From NCBI GenBank assembly GCA_902582105.1, contig CACHQT010000001.1, positions 10,681-74,680 of the forward strand: a DNA stretch of 64,000 nt, read 5' to 3'. The translations under genes and the position numbers were made by a program. This stretch comes from an uncultured Pelagibacteraceae bacterium (GTDB lineage: Bacteria; Pseudomonadota; Alphaproteobacteria; Pelagibacterales; Pelagibacteraceae). Shown in pieces: positions 1 through 9,934 of the stretch. How positions within the stretch are numbered: the stretch's first letter is position 1; each line of letters starts with the position of its first letter. The notes beneath the pieces were generated by a model, which worked only from the letters and a program-made list of their open reading frames with translations, searched no databases and had not been told where the DNA came from.

Positions 1-21
1 TAAAAATAAAATATCAACATT

Positions 22-1089
22 TTAATTTATAGATTTATAAACTTTCAAAGTTTCGGTTGCACACTTGTACCAATTAAACATTTTAATTCTTTTGTAACCT
101 TTTCTAATTTTTTTTTTTTGAAGAATAGGAGATTTTAATATTTTTTCTAATTTTTGCTTGATATCAATTATATTTTTAGGATTAAAAAAAATGGGGACGT
201 CACCACATACTTCCCTAATGGGTTTAATATTACTTGATGCTACCAGACAACCACATCTCATAGCTTCCAATGGTGGCAATCCAAAACCTTCATATAAACT
301 TGGATAAACAAGCAAACTTGCATCGGAATATATTTTATTGAGTTTTTTTTCATCTCCAGAAATATGCTGAATTTTATCTTCGATTTTTAAGTGTTTGATT
401 TTTTTTTCTTCTTCAATTGAAAATTTTTCATATCCAAAACACACAATGCCATAATTTTTTTTTAAAAATTCTGATCTACTATAAGCATTAATAAAATTTT
501 TGAAATTTTTGTACCCATCTCGTGCTCCAACGTAAACAATAATTTTTTTTTTTCTTACGTTAATTTTGTTTTGTTTTACACCCAGGTAAATAACTTTAAT
601 TTTATTTTCTTCAACATTATAATATTTTACTAAATCATTTTTGGTGCTTTTAGAAATACAAATAATTTTGCTTGCATTATTTATTAAGTATTTTTTATCA
701 AATTTTTTATTAAATAATTTTAATTTTTCATGAGTTAAATCGTATACAGTTAATATAAATGGTATACTAGTCATTTTAGCTAAAAAACTATTGTAATACG
801 TTAAATGTATTAAAGATGGTTTTTTAAAAAAGATGTAAAAAATAGTTAAAACATCATTAATGAGGTAGAAAAATTTTGTACAAAAGCTTGGTATTTTTTT
901 CAATTTAATAAAGTTTATTTTACTATCATTGTGAAAATTTAAGTTTTCATTAATTGAAATTGGAGAAAAAATTGTGGAACTGAATTTATTTTTAATTAAA
1001 TTTCTATTCAATTCACATATATATTTTGATATTCCTCCATTCTTTTGGTGAAGAAAAATTGAATGATCAAATAATATTTTTTTTATCAT
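22..1089 (-). CDS. Glycosyltransferase family 4 (GT-B fold)
   Basis: N-terminal GGISKY, TVYDL and C-terminal YPSLYEGFGLPPLEAM (EX7E) motifs. Confidence 0.9.
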   Translation of the reverse strand: MIKKILFDHSIFLHQKNGGISKYICELNRNLIKNKFSSTIFSPISINENLNFHNDSKINFIKLKKIPSFCTKFFYLINDVLTIFYIFFKKPSLIHLTYYNSFLAKMTSIPFILTVYDLTHEKLKLFNKKFDKKYLINNASKIICISKSTKNDLVKYYNVEENKIKVIYLGVKQNKINVRKKKIIVYVGARDGYKNFKNFINAYSRSEFLKKNYGIVCFGYEKFSIEEEKKIKHLKIEDKIQHISGDEKKLNKIYSDASLLVYPSLYEGFGLPPLEAMRCGCLVASSNIKPIREVCGDVPIFFNPKNIIDIKQKLEKILKSPILQKKKIRKGYKRIKMFNWYKCATETLKVYKSIN

Positions 1090-1090
1090 T

Positions 1091-1894
1091 TTAAAATATC
1101 ATTTTATTAAGATTTGAGTTTATTTTAAAATTTATAATTTTTTTTAATTTTAAATTATCAGATAGCAAGCATGTAGTTTTTGAAATATCTTCGAAATTTG
1201 CATCTTTTTTATATTTTTTTAAAATTATTTTAGCTATATCTTTTAAATATGTTTTTCTACCTGAGCCAATATTAATAATTCCAGAAAATTTTTTTCTCAT
1301 TAATACAAAAATTATATTAGAAATATCTTCCATTGAAATAAAGTCTCTATAATGATTTAAGTTTTTTAATTTAAGTTTTTTTTGAGTTTTTTTTATTTTG
1401 TTTTTAAGATCAGGTACTAAATAATTTTGTTTTTGATTTTTGTTAGTAGTGCTAAATATTCTTCCTATACAATAATTTATTTTCCCTTCTAACTTTTTTA
1501 CTATAAATTTTTCTGAAAGAAATTTTGTTTTTCCATAAAATGATATCGGCTCAATCTTTCCATTTTCATTTATTCTTTTTTTTGATGATTTATAAACATG
1601 GGATGTTGAAGCAAAAAAAAACCATTTAATATTATTTTTGAGAGCTATATTAACCAAATTTTTTGTACCTAAATAATTTACCTCATAGGCTTTTTTTTTA
1701 TTTTTTTTTACTATTTTTATTGGCACAATTGCAGCAAGGTGAAAAATTGCGTCTATTTTTTTATTTTTAAACCAACTTTTAATATCAGATTTTTTTCTAA
1801 TATCTCCTCTAAATCTATAAATTTTATTTGACTTATTTATATTTATTAAAGTTTTGCCAAGACTTCCTGAATATCCAGTAATACCGATTTTCAT
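1091..1894 (-). CDS. NAD-dependent epimerase/dehydratase (extended SDR)
   Basis: ITGYSGSLG Rossmann motif, HLAA, ASTSHVY, YGKTK catalytic YxxxK, RDFI. Confidence 0.88.
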   Translation of the reverse strand: MKIGITGYSGSLGKTLININKSNKIYRFRGDIRKKSDIKSWFKNKKIDAIFHLAAIVPIKIVKKNKKKAYEVNYLGTKNLVNIALKNNIKWFFFASTSHVYKSSKKRINENGKIEPISFYGKTKFLSEKFIVKKLEGKINYCIGRIFSTTNKNQKQNYLVPDLKNKIKKTQKKLKLKNLNHYRDFISMEDISNIIFVLMRKKFSGIINIGSGRKTYLKDIAKIILKKYKKDANFEDISKTTCLLSDNLKLKKIINFKINSNLNKMIF

Positions 1895-2517
1895 TTAATT
1901 ATTGATTTATATATTTTTCTAATTTTGTTTTTTACTGAATTTTCTCTTAATACTAATTTTTTCTTTTTACTTAAATTATGTTTCTTTTTTATAATTTTAC
2001 ACATTCCAGAGGATATGAAGCAGAATTCTAAGTCAAAATTATCTTGATTGTCATGATATATGCTCAGAATTCTATCAAAGGTTTCCTTATTGTTTATTTC
2101 ACAATAAAAATTGCTTCTTTCTTCGGTGCTTAAATAGGGTAACCAGGAAATATCATCAATATACAATATACCATTTAAATTCAATTTTTTGTAATAGTGA
2201 TAAAATATTTTTTCTACATGGTCCGCTTCATGAAGCGAGTCTATATAAATTACATCAATTGCTTTTGGTAATTTTTCTTCTAGAAATTCAAAATTATCAT
2301 CTCTACTTTTTATAAATTTCCAATTTGAGTCTGTAAATAAATTTGAATAATCATCAATATCAATCGAGTATAATTTGCCCCCTTTTTTTTTACAAATTTC
2401 TAAAAATAGTTCTGTAGATCTTCCTTCTTTTACACCAAATTCTACAATTTTTGGTTCGTCAAATTTTAATAAATCTTCTTTTAAAAAAGTATCTATTTTA
2501 TATAGGTAGTCTGACAT
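1891..2517 (-). CDS. Class I SAM-dependent methyltransferase (Methyltransf_24-like), probable glycan O-methyltransferase
   Basis: IVEFGVKEGRST motif I, LYSIDI, IYIDSLH, LNGILYIDD. Confidence 0.8.
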   Translation of the reverse strand: MSDYLYKIDTFLKEDLLKFDEPKIVEFGVKEGRSTELFLEICKKKGGKLYSIDIDDYSNLFTDSNWKFIKSRDDNFEFLEEKLPKAIDVIYIDSLHEADHVEKIFYHYYKKLNLNGILYIDDISWLPYLSTEERSNFYCEINNKETFDRILSIYHDNQDNFDLEFCFISSGMCKIIKKKHNLSKKKKLVLRENSVKNKIRKIYKSIIK

Positions 2518-2586
2518 ATTCAGATGTAAATTACTTGTTTCAGGTTTTTAAATATAATATCAATTATTTTATCTAATATCTTTTAA

Positions 2587-3387
2587 ATGAGTAAAATAAA
2601 AAAGCAAAAAAAAATTTTAATAAAAAAAAAGGTAAATAAACCTTTCTTTTCGGTAATTACAGTCGTTAAAAATGCAGAAAAGGACATTTTGAAAACAATC
2701 AAAAGCTTAAAAAATCAAAAATTTAAAAATTTTGAATACATCGTGGTTGATGGCATGTCTGAAGACAAAACAATAAAAAACATATTAAAAAATAAAAAAA
2801 TTATAAATTTTTTTATTTCTGAGAAAGATAAAGGAATTTATTTTGCTATGAATAAAGCACTTAAATTTGTAAATGGAGAAGTAATTGTTTTTATTAATGC
2901 AGGGGATATTTTTGTAAAAAATGCTCTACTAAAAATTTATAAAAAATTTAGAAAAAATTCAGAAATAGATTTTGTTTTTGGAACAGTTAAAAGGCATTAT
3001 TTAGAGTCAACTATTTTAAAATATGGATTTGATATTAATAGGTTAAAATACAATTTTGATTTTGCAACATCTCATTCAACAGGTTTTTTTATTAAAAAAA
3101 AATCTATGAAGATTTTAGGGAAATACAATACAATTTTTAAATGTTCTGCTGATTATGATTTATACTATAGAGCGCTTATAAAATATAAATTAAAAGGAGA
3201 TTATACCAGTAAAAAAGATTTAATCGGCATATTTAGTAGTGGAGGTTATTCAAGCAAAATAGGCTTTTTTGATCAATTAATCGAAGAGACAAAAATTAGA
3301 ATTCATAACAACCAAAATTTAATTTATGTTCTTCTAATATTTTTAAATGCTATGATTAAACATTGTTTTAAAAAATTAGTTAAATAA
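2587..3387 (+). CDS. Glycosyltransferase family 2
   Basis: SVITVVKN, EYIVVDGMSED, DKGIYFAMNK, FINAGD, SADYD. Confidence 0.9.
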   Translation: MSKIKKQKKILIKKKVNKPFFSVITVVKNAEKDILKTIKSLKNQKFKNFEYIVVDGMSEDKTIKNILKNKKIINFFISEKDKGIYFAMNKALKFVNGEVIVFINAGDIFVKNALLKIYKKFRKNSEIDFVFGTVKRHYLESTILKYGFDINRLKYNFDFATSHSTGFFIKKKSMKILGKYNTIFKCSADYDLYYRALIKYKLKGDYTSKKDLIGIFSSGGYSSKIGFFDQLIEETKIRIHNNQNLIYVLLIFLNAMIKHCFKKLVK

Positions 3388-4371
3388 TTATTTAATATAA
3401 TTTTTACTTATTTCACTTAAATCAAAATATAATTTATAACATTCATCATAAATTTCTTTTTCATAATTAATAGAAATATCTTTTACTGTGTTTTTAAAAT
3501 GATGATTTTTAGAATATTTTATTTTTAAGCTATCTAATAGATAAAAAAAAGACTTTTTATCTTTACATAAATTTTCATAGTTTATTAAGTAAATGTTATT
3601 AAACTTTTTAATTTCTATAAGTATTTTTTTATAAAATAATAACCATTGTTCTAACCAATAATTAATATCTTTTATATCGATAAATTTTTTTGGAATATTC
3701 CATGATTTGTGATTTTTCCCAAATTCATAATGGCCTAAATAATTCATATATTTCAAGATAAAATTATCTTTATTTTGAAGGTTAAAGAAATTTTTATTTT
3801 GTGTCATCAAAGAGTTAGCATGTTGAATAGGGTCTCTGAAGGGAATAAAAAAAAAACAATTTTTTATTTTTGAATTTATTAAATCAATTCTATTAAAATT
3901 ATTATTATTTTTACTTAAATAATTTTTTTTTTCGTATTTTAACTTGATCAAATTAATATATTGAGAAAAGTTTTCTAAGATTTCTTCTTTATTGTATGTT
4001 GATAAAAAAACCTCATCAAGTGCTTCTGGAGAGTTTATACTATATTTAATGCCATCATTATGCGGGCGCATAAACTCAGTACTAGATTTTTTATTGAATA
4101 AAAACTTTCCTAAATTTGGTGACATTAAAAAAGGAAGATCGTTATAAGTTAAAGATGAATATTCATCTGAATCATAAAACATATTTAAAATCGTTGTTGT
4201 GCCAGATCTTGGCAGACTTGTAATAAATATATTTTTTGAGGAAACGTTATCAAATTTCTTACTATTTTTAAAAATCAATGTTTCTAATTCAAATAAAGAT
4301 TTTTTTATAAATTTATTACCTAAACAAATTTCGTGTAAAATTTTTTGGACTTTATTATAATTTACTTGCAT
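3388..4371 (-). CDS. PAPS-dependent sulfotransferase
   Basis: 5'-PSB loop IFITSLPRSGTT, 3'-PB motif PFRDPIQHANS, YENL; no signal peptide. Confidence 0.85.
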   Translation of the reverse strand: MQVNYNKVQKILHEICLGNKFIKKSLFELETLIFKNSKKFDNVSSKNIFITSLPRSGTTTILNMFYDSDEYSSLTYNDLPFLMSPNLGKFLFNKKSSTEFMRPHNDGIKYSINSPEALDEVFLSTYNKEEILENFSQYINLIKLKYEKKNYLSKNNNNFNRIDLINSKIKNCFFFIPFRDPIQHANSLMTQNKNFFNLQNKDNFILKYMNYLGHYEFGKNHKSWNIPKKFIDIKDINYWLEQWLLFYKKILIEIKKFNNIYLINYENLCKDKKSFFYLLDSLKIKYSKNHHFKNTVKDISINYEKEIYDECYKLYFDLSEISKNYIK

Positions 4372-4718
4372 ATTTTTTTTCTCAAATATGTATAAATAAA
4401 AGATACAATAAACATTATAAGCATATTTTCAATTTTTATAAGATTTATATAAAAATCATTGTTTATGCTCTTTATAAAAAATAATAAAATAGCAACTAGA
4501 AATATTAGTATTAAAATTTTCGAAGAATTGAGTAAAATATTTTTTATTAATTTAAAATATTTTTGCTCAAATTCTTGGCTGTTTCTTGAGTTTTTTATTG
4601 TTAATATAAATTCTTTTAGTAAATTAAATTGATTAACAAATACTAATGAAATTTTGAATTTCAAAAATATTTCAATAAAAAAAATACATATTATAATTGC
4701 AATTAAATAAAATATCAC
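4362..4718 (-). CDS. Small membrane protein (about 3 TM), unknown function
   Basis: Three hydrophobic stretches; GTG start overlaps the upstream stop (GTGA); its end overlaps the sulfotransferase start. Confidence 0.7.
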   Translation of the reverse strand: MIFYLIAIIICIFFIEIFLKFKISLVFVNQFNLLKEFILTIKNSRNSQEFEQKYFKLIKNILLNSSKILILIFLVAILLFFIKSINNDFYINLIKIENMLIMFIVSFIYTYLRKKICK

Positions 4719-4933
4719 TTTTTGTTATTTTCATTTTTTTTTTTCTTAGAATTAAGGTATCTTTTAATTGGAAACCACAAGATACCAAATATTAAAGAAA
4801 AAATTGCTATAATAATTCCTATTGTTGCCGCAACAACTCCACCAGCCATTCCCGGACCAATATAAGCATTAGCATCAATAATATTAAGATTTAAAACTAA
4901 AAAAGAATAGAGTAAAAATTTTAGTTTATACAT
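4715..4933 (-). CDS. 72-aa micro-protein: signal peptide (ANA|), YIGPG motif, one TM helix, basic tail
   Basis: MYKLKFLL...IDANA-YIGPGMAGG...ILWFPIKRYLNSKKKK; overlaps both neighbouring genes. Confidence 0.75.
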   Translation of the reverse strand: MYKLKFLLYSFLVLNLNIIDANAYIGPGMAGGVVAATIGIIIAIFSLIFGILWFPIKRYLNSKKKKNENNKK

Positions 4934-6303
4934 TTTTTTTCATTTATAATTTTTTTTATTTTAAAAGCTTTATCTTCGTCTTCAACGATACTGCTCCATC
5001 TTAAAACATATACTTTACCATTATTTGCTTTATTAATATAACTCCAAATTAATTCATCTTTGTTATTTATATAAAGTATACGACCATGCTCTTGCTCTTC
5101 AACAATGAAAGATTTATCATTTAGGTACTGTATTAGACCACCAAATCTTGTACCAAAATTAGAATTTTCCAATATTTTAGAATGCATTTTTTTAAATTCT
5201 TTTGTATCAAAACTATAATGAACAATTGAGCTCACTTGGTTAATCAATTCAAATCCATTTGTTGTATGAAAACTTTCATTATTAAATATTGAAATAGTTT
5301 TATTATCAATAATATCAACATCGTGCTGCCCCGATATTAAGCTTGATTGAATAACATTAATTATTTTACCTGTGGATGGTCTAAAATGAAAAATTGTAGA
5401 TAAGTTTCTACAACTTAAAAATATGTCATCTTTTTTCCAATATAAAGTGTTATTAAAAGTTGGTTGTAGGTCGTTTAAATGACAAAAATCATTATTAATT
5501 GGGTTTTGCAAGTGTGTAAAAATTAAATTCTGATAATTGTTTTCTATCAGGATTTCTGAAAATGATTTTTCATATAATATTTTGCCATTAGAAGAAACTT
5601 TTACAACTCCATCATCCGACCAATCGCTTGATTTTTTTCCAATATATTTTTCATTAATTTTTGATAAAACACCATGTGTTGCCCAGTAATTATTTTCAAA
5701 ATTTTTTTCCAGTGAATGGTGAAAATATTTATCAATTACCCAGTTTACACGATTACATATATCTATATTAAACAAAGGTGAGCTTGAATTAAAAATTAAA
5801 TTTCCATTTTCTTCAATATAAGGATGCCACAAAAACATTCTATTTTCACTTAAATCTATTTCTGTAGTAGGATATTTTTTTTTATAATCATTGCTTAAAT
5901 TTTTTAACAAAGACTTTGAGTCTGGTTCGTATCTATGAATTACTTTAAAATTATTTAAATCAACAACTTCAACAACTCCTTTTTTTTTATCGCCATCATA
6001 ACGTGATAAGATAAGCAATTTATTTTTAAGTATTTCGTTATTCTTAAAAAAAGTGAATCCATTTTTTTCTTTAATATTCTTCATTGATTTATCCACAAAA
6101 TGATTTCCAGGATCATTAGTAGTTCTTAAAATTTTAATAAAATTTAAAGGTATATCCGAAATATAATTAGCAACTATTTGTAAGTTTTGAAGCTTTTTTC
6201 CACCAGATGCCGAATATTTTAAAAAACCACCAAAAAGAATTAAAGAAATAAAAAATATTAAAATTAAAAGGTAAAGTATCCAAATTTCAATTTTTTTAAA
6301 CAT
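4921..6303 (-). CDS. Membrane-anchored periplasmic arylsulfotransferase (ASST-like beta-propeller)
   Basis: N-terminal TM anchor; FHHS, CHLNDL, FLSCRNLS and GQHDVD motifs match the His-containing motifs of the arylsulfotransferase family. Confidence 0.75.
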   Translation of the reverse strand: MFKKIEIWILYLLILIFFISLILFGGFLKYSASGGKKLQNLQIVANYISDIPLNFIKILRTTNDPGNHFVDKSMKNIKEKNGFTFFKNNEILKNKLLILSRYDGDKKKGVVEVVDLNNFKVIHRYEPDSKSLLKNLSNDYKKKYPTTEIDLSENRMFLWHPYIEENGNLIFNSSSPLFNIDICNRVNWVIDKYFHHSLEKNFENNYWATHGVLSKINEKYIGKKSSDWSDDGVVKVSSNGKILYEKSFSEILIENNYQNLIFTHLQNPINNDFCHLNDLQPTFNNTLYWKKDDIFLSCRNLSTIFHFRPSTGKIINVIQSSLISGQHDVDIIDNKTISIFNNESFHTTNGFELINQVSSIVHYSFDTKEFKKMHSKILENSNFGTRFGGLIQYLNDKSFIVEEQEHGRILYINNKDELIWSYINKANNGKVYVLRWSSIVEDEDKAFKIKKIINEKKCIN

Positions 6304-6373
6304 TAAATTCCTTTTTATTTTTGTTTATTAATTTAGTTAAATTAAATTTAAATACCATAAAAAAAAATTTTGT

Positions 6374-7120
6374 TTATTTTATTAAAGAATTAAATGATAG
6401 TCTTATTAAATAAAAAAAAGATTTAAAAAAATTATATTTTAATTCACGATTATAAAGTCTAAAACCATCTAAAAGTTTTTGTGAAATAGATGAAGACAAG
6501 GAATTTCTTGTTTTTCTCCAACTTGATAAAATCTTATCAAATCCTTTAATTTTATTATTTTTTTTATATAAATTGAGCCATAATAGATAATCTTCTTTAG
6601 TTTTCATATCGCTAAATTTAACATTATTTACAATCCTTTTTTTTATCAACACAGTTGATAACCCAATATAACAATGAGTTAATAAAATTTTGTAATTAAT
6701 CTTTTTCTTTATCCTTCTTGATTTTATAATTTTTCCTTCTTCATCAATTATATTGTATGAAGTAAAAGAAAAATCCAGATTATTTTTTATCATGAATTTT
6801 AATTGCTCTGTAAGTTTATTTTTTTTCCAAACATCATCAGAATCACAGAAAGCCAAATATTCTCCTTTTGATTTTTTTATTCCAATATTTCTAGATAAGC
6901 CTACCCCTAAATTTTTTTTGTTTGCAAAAATTTTTATATTTTTATAATTTTGAATATAATTTCTGATGTAATTTAAATCTGATTTATTTTCATCATCATA
7001 AATAATTATAATTTCATAATTTTTAAAACTTTGGTTTAGAATTGAATTGATAGTTTCTTTAAAAAATTTTCTTTTTTTAAAAAAGGGAATTATAATACTA
7101 ATTTTAGGTTTTTTTTTCAT
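6374..7120 (-). CDS. Glycosyltransferase family 2 (TuaG-like)
   Basis: ISIIIPFF, NLGVGLSRN, FCDSDD (DxD), KEDY; start placed at ATG 7120 (MKKKPKIS). Confidence 0.88.
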   Translation of the reverse strand: MKKKPKISIIIPFFKKRKFFKETINSILNQSFKNYEIIIIYDDENKSDLNYIRNYIQNYKNIKIFANKKNLGVGLSRNIGIKKSKGEYLAFCDSDDVWKKNKLTEQLKFMIKNNLDFSFTSYNIIDEEGKIIKSRRIKKKINYKILLTHCYIGLSTVLIKKRIVNNVKFSDMKTKEDYLLWLNLYKKNNKIKGFDKILSSWRKTRNSLSSSISQKLLDGFRLYNRELKYNFFKSFFYLIRLSFNSLIK

Positions 7121-7121
7121 A

Positions 7122-8378
7122 TTAATAATAAACAAAATATGTAGTTAAAATAAATGCTGTTGAAAATAAGTATAGAGGAATTAAAAGTTTTTTCATTTTA
7201 GATAAAATAAAATCAATATATCTTGATTTTACTAATCCAAAAATAAATAAATAAAAAAGTGGGTCCAAGTATTTTTGAAATATGTAATTAGATGGAAAAC
7301 ATAAAAATAAACATATCAAAAGAAAATAATTTTGTTTTAAGTTGTTTCTAAAAAGAAAATGAAGAACTAAAGATGTAATTAATGCTATGATAATTAAAAA
7401 AAATTGCGAATTAAAATATACTTTATCTATTATTTTTTTTACAATACCACCACCTAAATTATTTTGATTAAAAGATATTAAATTTTCATATATAAAAATA
7501 TCTACGAGATAGATAGACAAAAAAATAAATGAAAATAATAAAAAGGTGAGAAAGTTCTTTTTATAATATTTTATTAATTGATTTATATAAAAGATGATGT
7601 AAGGAATTAAATAAAAAAAAAGAATTGATAATAAAATAATAAAATTTGTAGAATAATTAAATATGTTATGTCCTGAATCTAAATTAATTAATCTTAAAAA
7701 TTCATAATCTTGAATTATATAAATAAAATAAATTATCGCTGGTACTGAAATTAAAAATGAGAAAGTAATAATTTTTAAAATATTTTTTGTATTTTGGTTT
7801 TTGAAATAAATAAATATATAAAAAAAATAAAATGGGAAATAATAGTATCTAAAGTAACAGCATAGCGAGAGAAAAAATATACTATAATAACAAAAGTTCA
7901 AATTTTCATTTTTTTTAAACTTCAAATAAAATACTATAGATAGTCCTAAAAAAATCAGACTCAAGTTGTCTCCTAATAACCATATTGATGAAGATCTAAA
8001 ATATGGAGAAATAAATATGATTAGTGAAAATAAATATATGTAAATATTATCTCTATTTTTAAGTTTTAAGATTTGGTAAAAAATTAAAGGTAACGAAGAT
8101 GATATCAAAATATAAAATATTTTAACGTTGTCTAAATTTCCAAATATTTTTAGTAATTTTCCTGCCAAAATATAAAACACTGGCGAATGAACAACAAAAC
8201 CTAAGTTGGATAAAAATAATTTAAATCCATCATTTAAACTATTGCTAAATGCTATTACAGTAGGAATAAGATAATCATGATCTAGTTTTGCCCCACCAGA
8301 TAAATTTTCTTTAAGGTATAATCCAGTGAGTAGTGAAAAAAGCCCAATTAAAAATGAAACTGTTTTTATTTGATACAT
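7122..8378 (-). CDS. Polytopic membrane protein, putative GT-C fold glycosyltransferase
   Basis: About 11-12 hydrophobic segments; first loop GGAKLDHDY...HSPVFY, SPYFRSSS, late FQKYLDP motif; start placed at ATG 8378. Confidence 0.55.
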   Translation of the reverse strand: MYQIKTVSFLIGLFSLLTGLYLKENLSGGAKLDHDYLIPTVIAFSNSLNDGFKLFLSNLGFVVHSPVFYILAGKLLKIFGNLDNVKIFYILISSSLPLIFYQILKLKNRDNIYIYLFSLIIFISPYFRSSSIWLLGDNLSLIFLGLSIVFYLKFKKNENLNFCYYSIFFLSLCCYFRYYYFPFYFFYIFIYFKNQNTKNILKIITFSFLISVPAIIYFIYIIQDYEFLRLINLDSGHNIFNYSTNFIILLSILFFYLIPYIIFYINQLIKYYKKNFLTFLLFSFIFLSIYLVDIFIYENLISFNQNNLGGGIVKKIIDKVYFNSQFFLIIIALITSLVLHFLFRNNLKQNYFLLICLFLCFPSNYIFQKYLDPLFYLFIFGLVKSRYIDFILSKMKKLLIPLYLFSTAFILTTYFVYY

Positions 8379-8447
8379 TAAATAATTTATAGTAAACAAA
8401 AATTATACTAAGTTTAGTATTAGTAATAACTTATAAACCTTAAATTA

Positions 8448-9836
8448 ATGTATTTAAAACATAATAGCAAAATTTTTATAATTATTCTTATTGCAGTAAT
8501 AATAAATATTTTTATATCAAATTATAACATTTCTAAATATGACAACTATAGAACACTCTCTAACGGTCAAAAGGTAAACTCATTAATATTTTCAGATATT
8601 TACTCAATATGGTCAAAATCAGATGACTTTGTAAAAAAAATACGTGAGAAGGAAGGATTTGTAAATTCTCTACCAATTTATGATCGTTCTTTCTTACCAT
8701 CTATACTTGTTGGATTATATTATCTTGCAATAAACGAGGATATATCAGTTGAAGAAAATTCTGACAATATAAAAATTTTTAAAAAAGACAATTATAAAAT
8801 TGGTTTTTTAATTATACAAATATTATTTTTTTATTTCTCGTTATTTTATTTTAGTCAAAAATTAAAAAAATATATTAACGAAAAAAACCTTTTTTTAATC
8901 GTTTTTTTTTTATCTTTTGAGCCTACTTTAATTCAATGGCATTCAAGTTTTTGGTCTGAGAGTATTTTTTTATCACTTAATTTAATTTTAATGGCAAAAG
9001 TTATTGAGTTCAAAAAAGGCTTTTTTCAAAATTTAACGATAGGTATTATCCTAGGTTTCATATTTGCTCAAAGGGCTGCATCAGTTTTTTTATTTATCCC
9101 TTTAATTATTTTTTTCATTTTTGTTTATAAAAAAAATTTTAAACCTATAATTTACCTTTTGACTGGTTATTTATCGATTATACTTTTAATTGGAAACTTA
9201 CATTATATTAAAAAAGGTGTATTTTTTATACTACCTTATCATAGCAACCAATATTCAAATTACCACTATATGTATGATGATATTTTTTCAAAAGCCACCC
9301 AGATTTCTAAAGATCAGTCATATAATATTAAAATTAAAAAAGAAAAAGAGTGGAGGAAAAATAATCTTATACAGGATAATGAATTTAAAGATAAATTTAA
9401 AATCATAAATTATAGAAATAACGAATTTTTAAAATTAGTTATTAAATATCCTTTTACCTCTTTTAAATATTTAGTATATAAATCTTGTCAAGCCTCAATC
9501 CTAGATCCAATTTATGTTCAAAAATTTTTTAGTTTAGATAAGTCAATTAAAGACTATTATAAGGATCTTAATAAAGATTTAAAAATAAGAATAATTTATT
9601 CATCAATTATTTATTTACTTTGTTTATTAGGATTTCTTAATCTATTGTACAAAATTTTTTTTATGAAAAAAATTAATAATTATTATTATTTTTTAATTCT
9701 TAATATCTTAATTATTTTATATTATATGATATTTACTGGGGGTTATGGTGTTTCTAGATATTTTGCACCATTGTTAATTAATTATGTTTTTTTCCTCAAC
9801 ATGGGTTTGGAATTTTTTAATAAAAAAAAACTTTAA
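8448..9836 (+). CDS. Polytopic membrane protein, putative ArnT/PMT-like GT-C glycosyltransferase
   Basis: Large first periplasmic loop with SD...W, then EP...WSESIF, AQR and C-terminal SRYFAP motifs typical of lipid-linked sugar transferases. Confidence 0.6.
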   Translation: MYLKHNSKIFIIILIAVIINIFISNYNISKYDNYRTLSNGQKVNSLIFSDIYSIWSKSDDFVKKIREKEGFVNSLPIYDRSFLPSILVGLYYLAINEDISVEENSDNIKIFKKDNYKIGFLIIQILFFYFSLFYFSQKLKKYINEKNLFLIVFFLSFEPTLIQWHSSFWSESIFLSLNLILMAKVIEFKKGFFQNLTIGIILGFIFAQRAASVFLFIPLIIFFIFVYKKNFKPIIYLLTGYLSIILLIGNLHYIKKGVFFILPYHSNQYSNYHYMYDDIFSKATQISKDQSYNIKIKKEKEWRKNNLIQDNEFKDKFKIINYRNNEFLKLVIKYPFTSFKYLVYKSCQASILDPIYVQKFFSLDKSIKDYYKDLNKDLKIRIIYSSIIYLLCLLGFLNLLYKIFFMKKINNYYYFLILNILIILYYMIFTGGYGVSRYFAPLLINYVFFLNMGLEFFNKKKL

Positions 9837-9859
9837 ATTAATTGATTATTAATTTTATA

Positions 9860-9888
9860 TTTACACTAGCTCTATACATCTACATAAT
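9860..9888 (+). promoter_or_regulatory. Putative sigma70 promoter of gmd
   Basis: TTTACA (9860-9865), 17-nt spacer, CATAAT (9883-9888). Confidence 0.5.
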
Positions 9889-9892
9889 TTAT

Positions 9893-9934
9893 ATATATAA
9901 ATAATTAATTGAATTATTTTAATTATTTATATAT
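9893..9934. repeat. Perfect 16-bp inverted repeat with 10-nt spacer
   Basis: ATATATAAATAATTAA (9893-9908) and TTAATTATTTATATAT (9919-9934). Confidence 0.8.

Noticed and set aside
1-20. Possible start of a further minus-strand gene (ATG at 20, MLIFYF...)
   Set aside because: Only six codons are visible, too little to annotate
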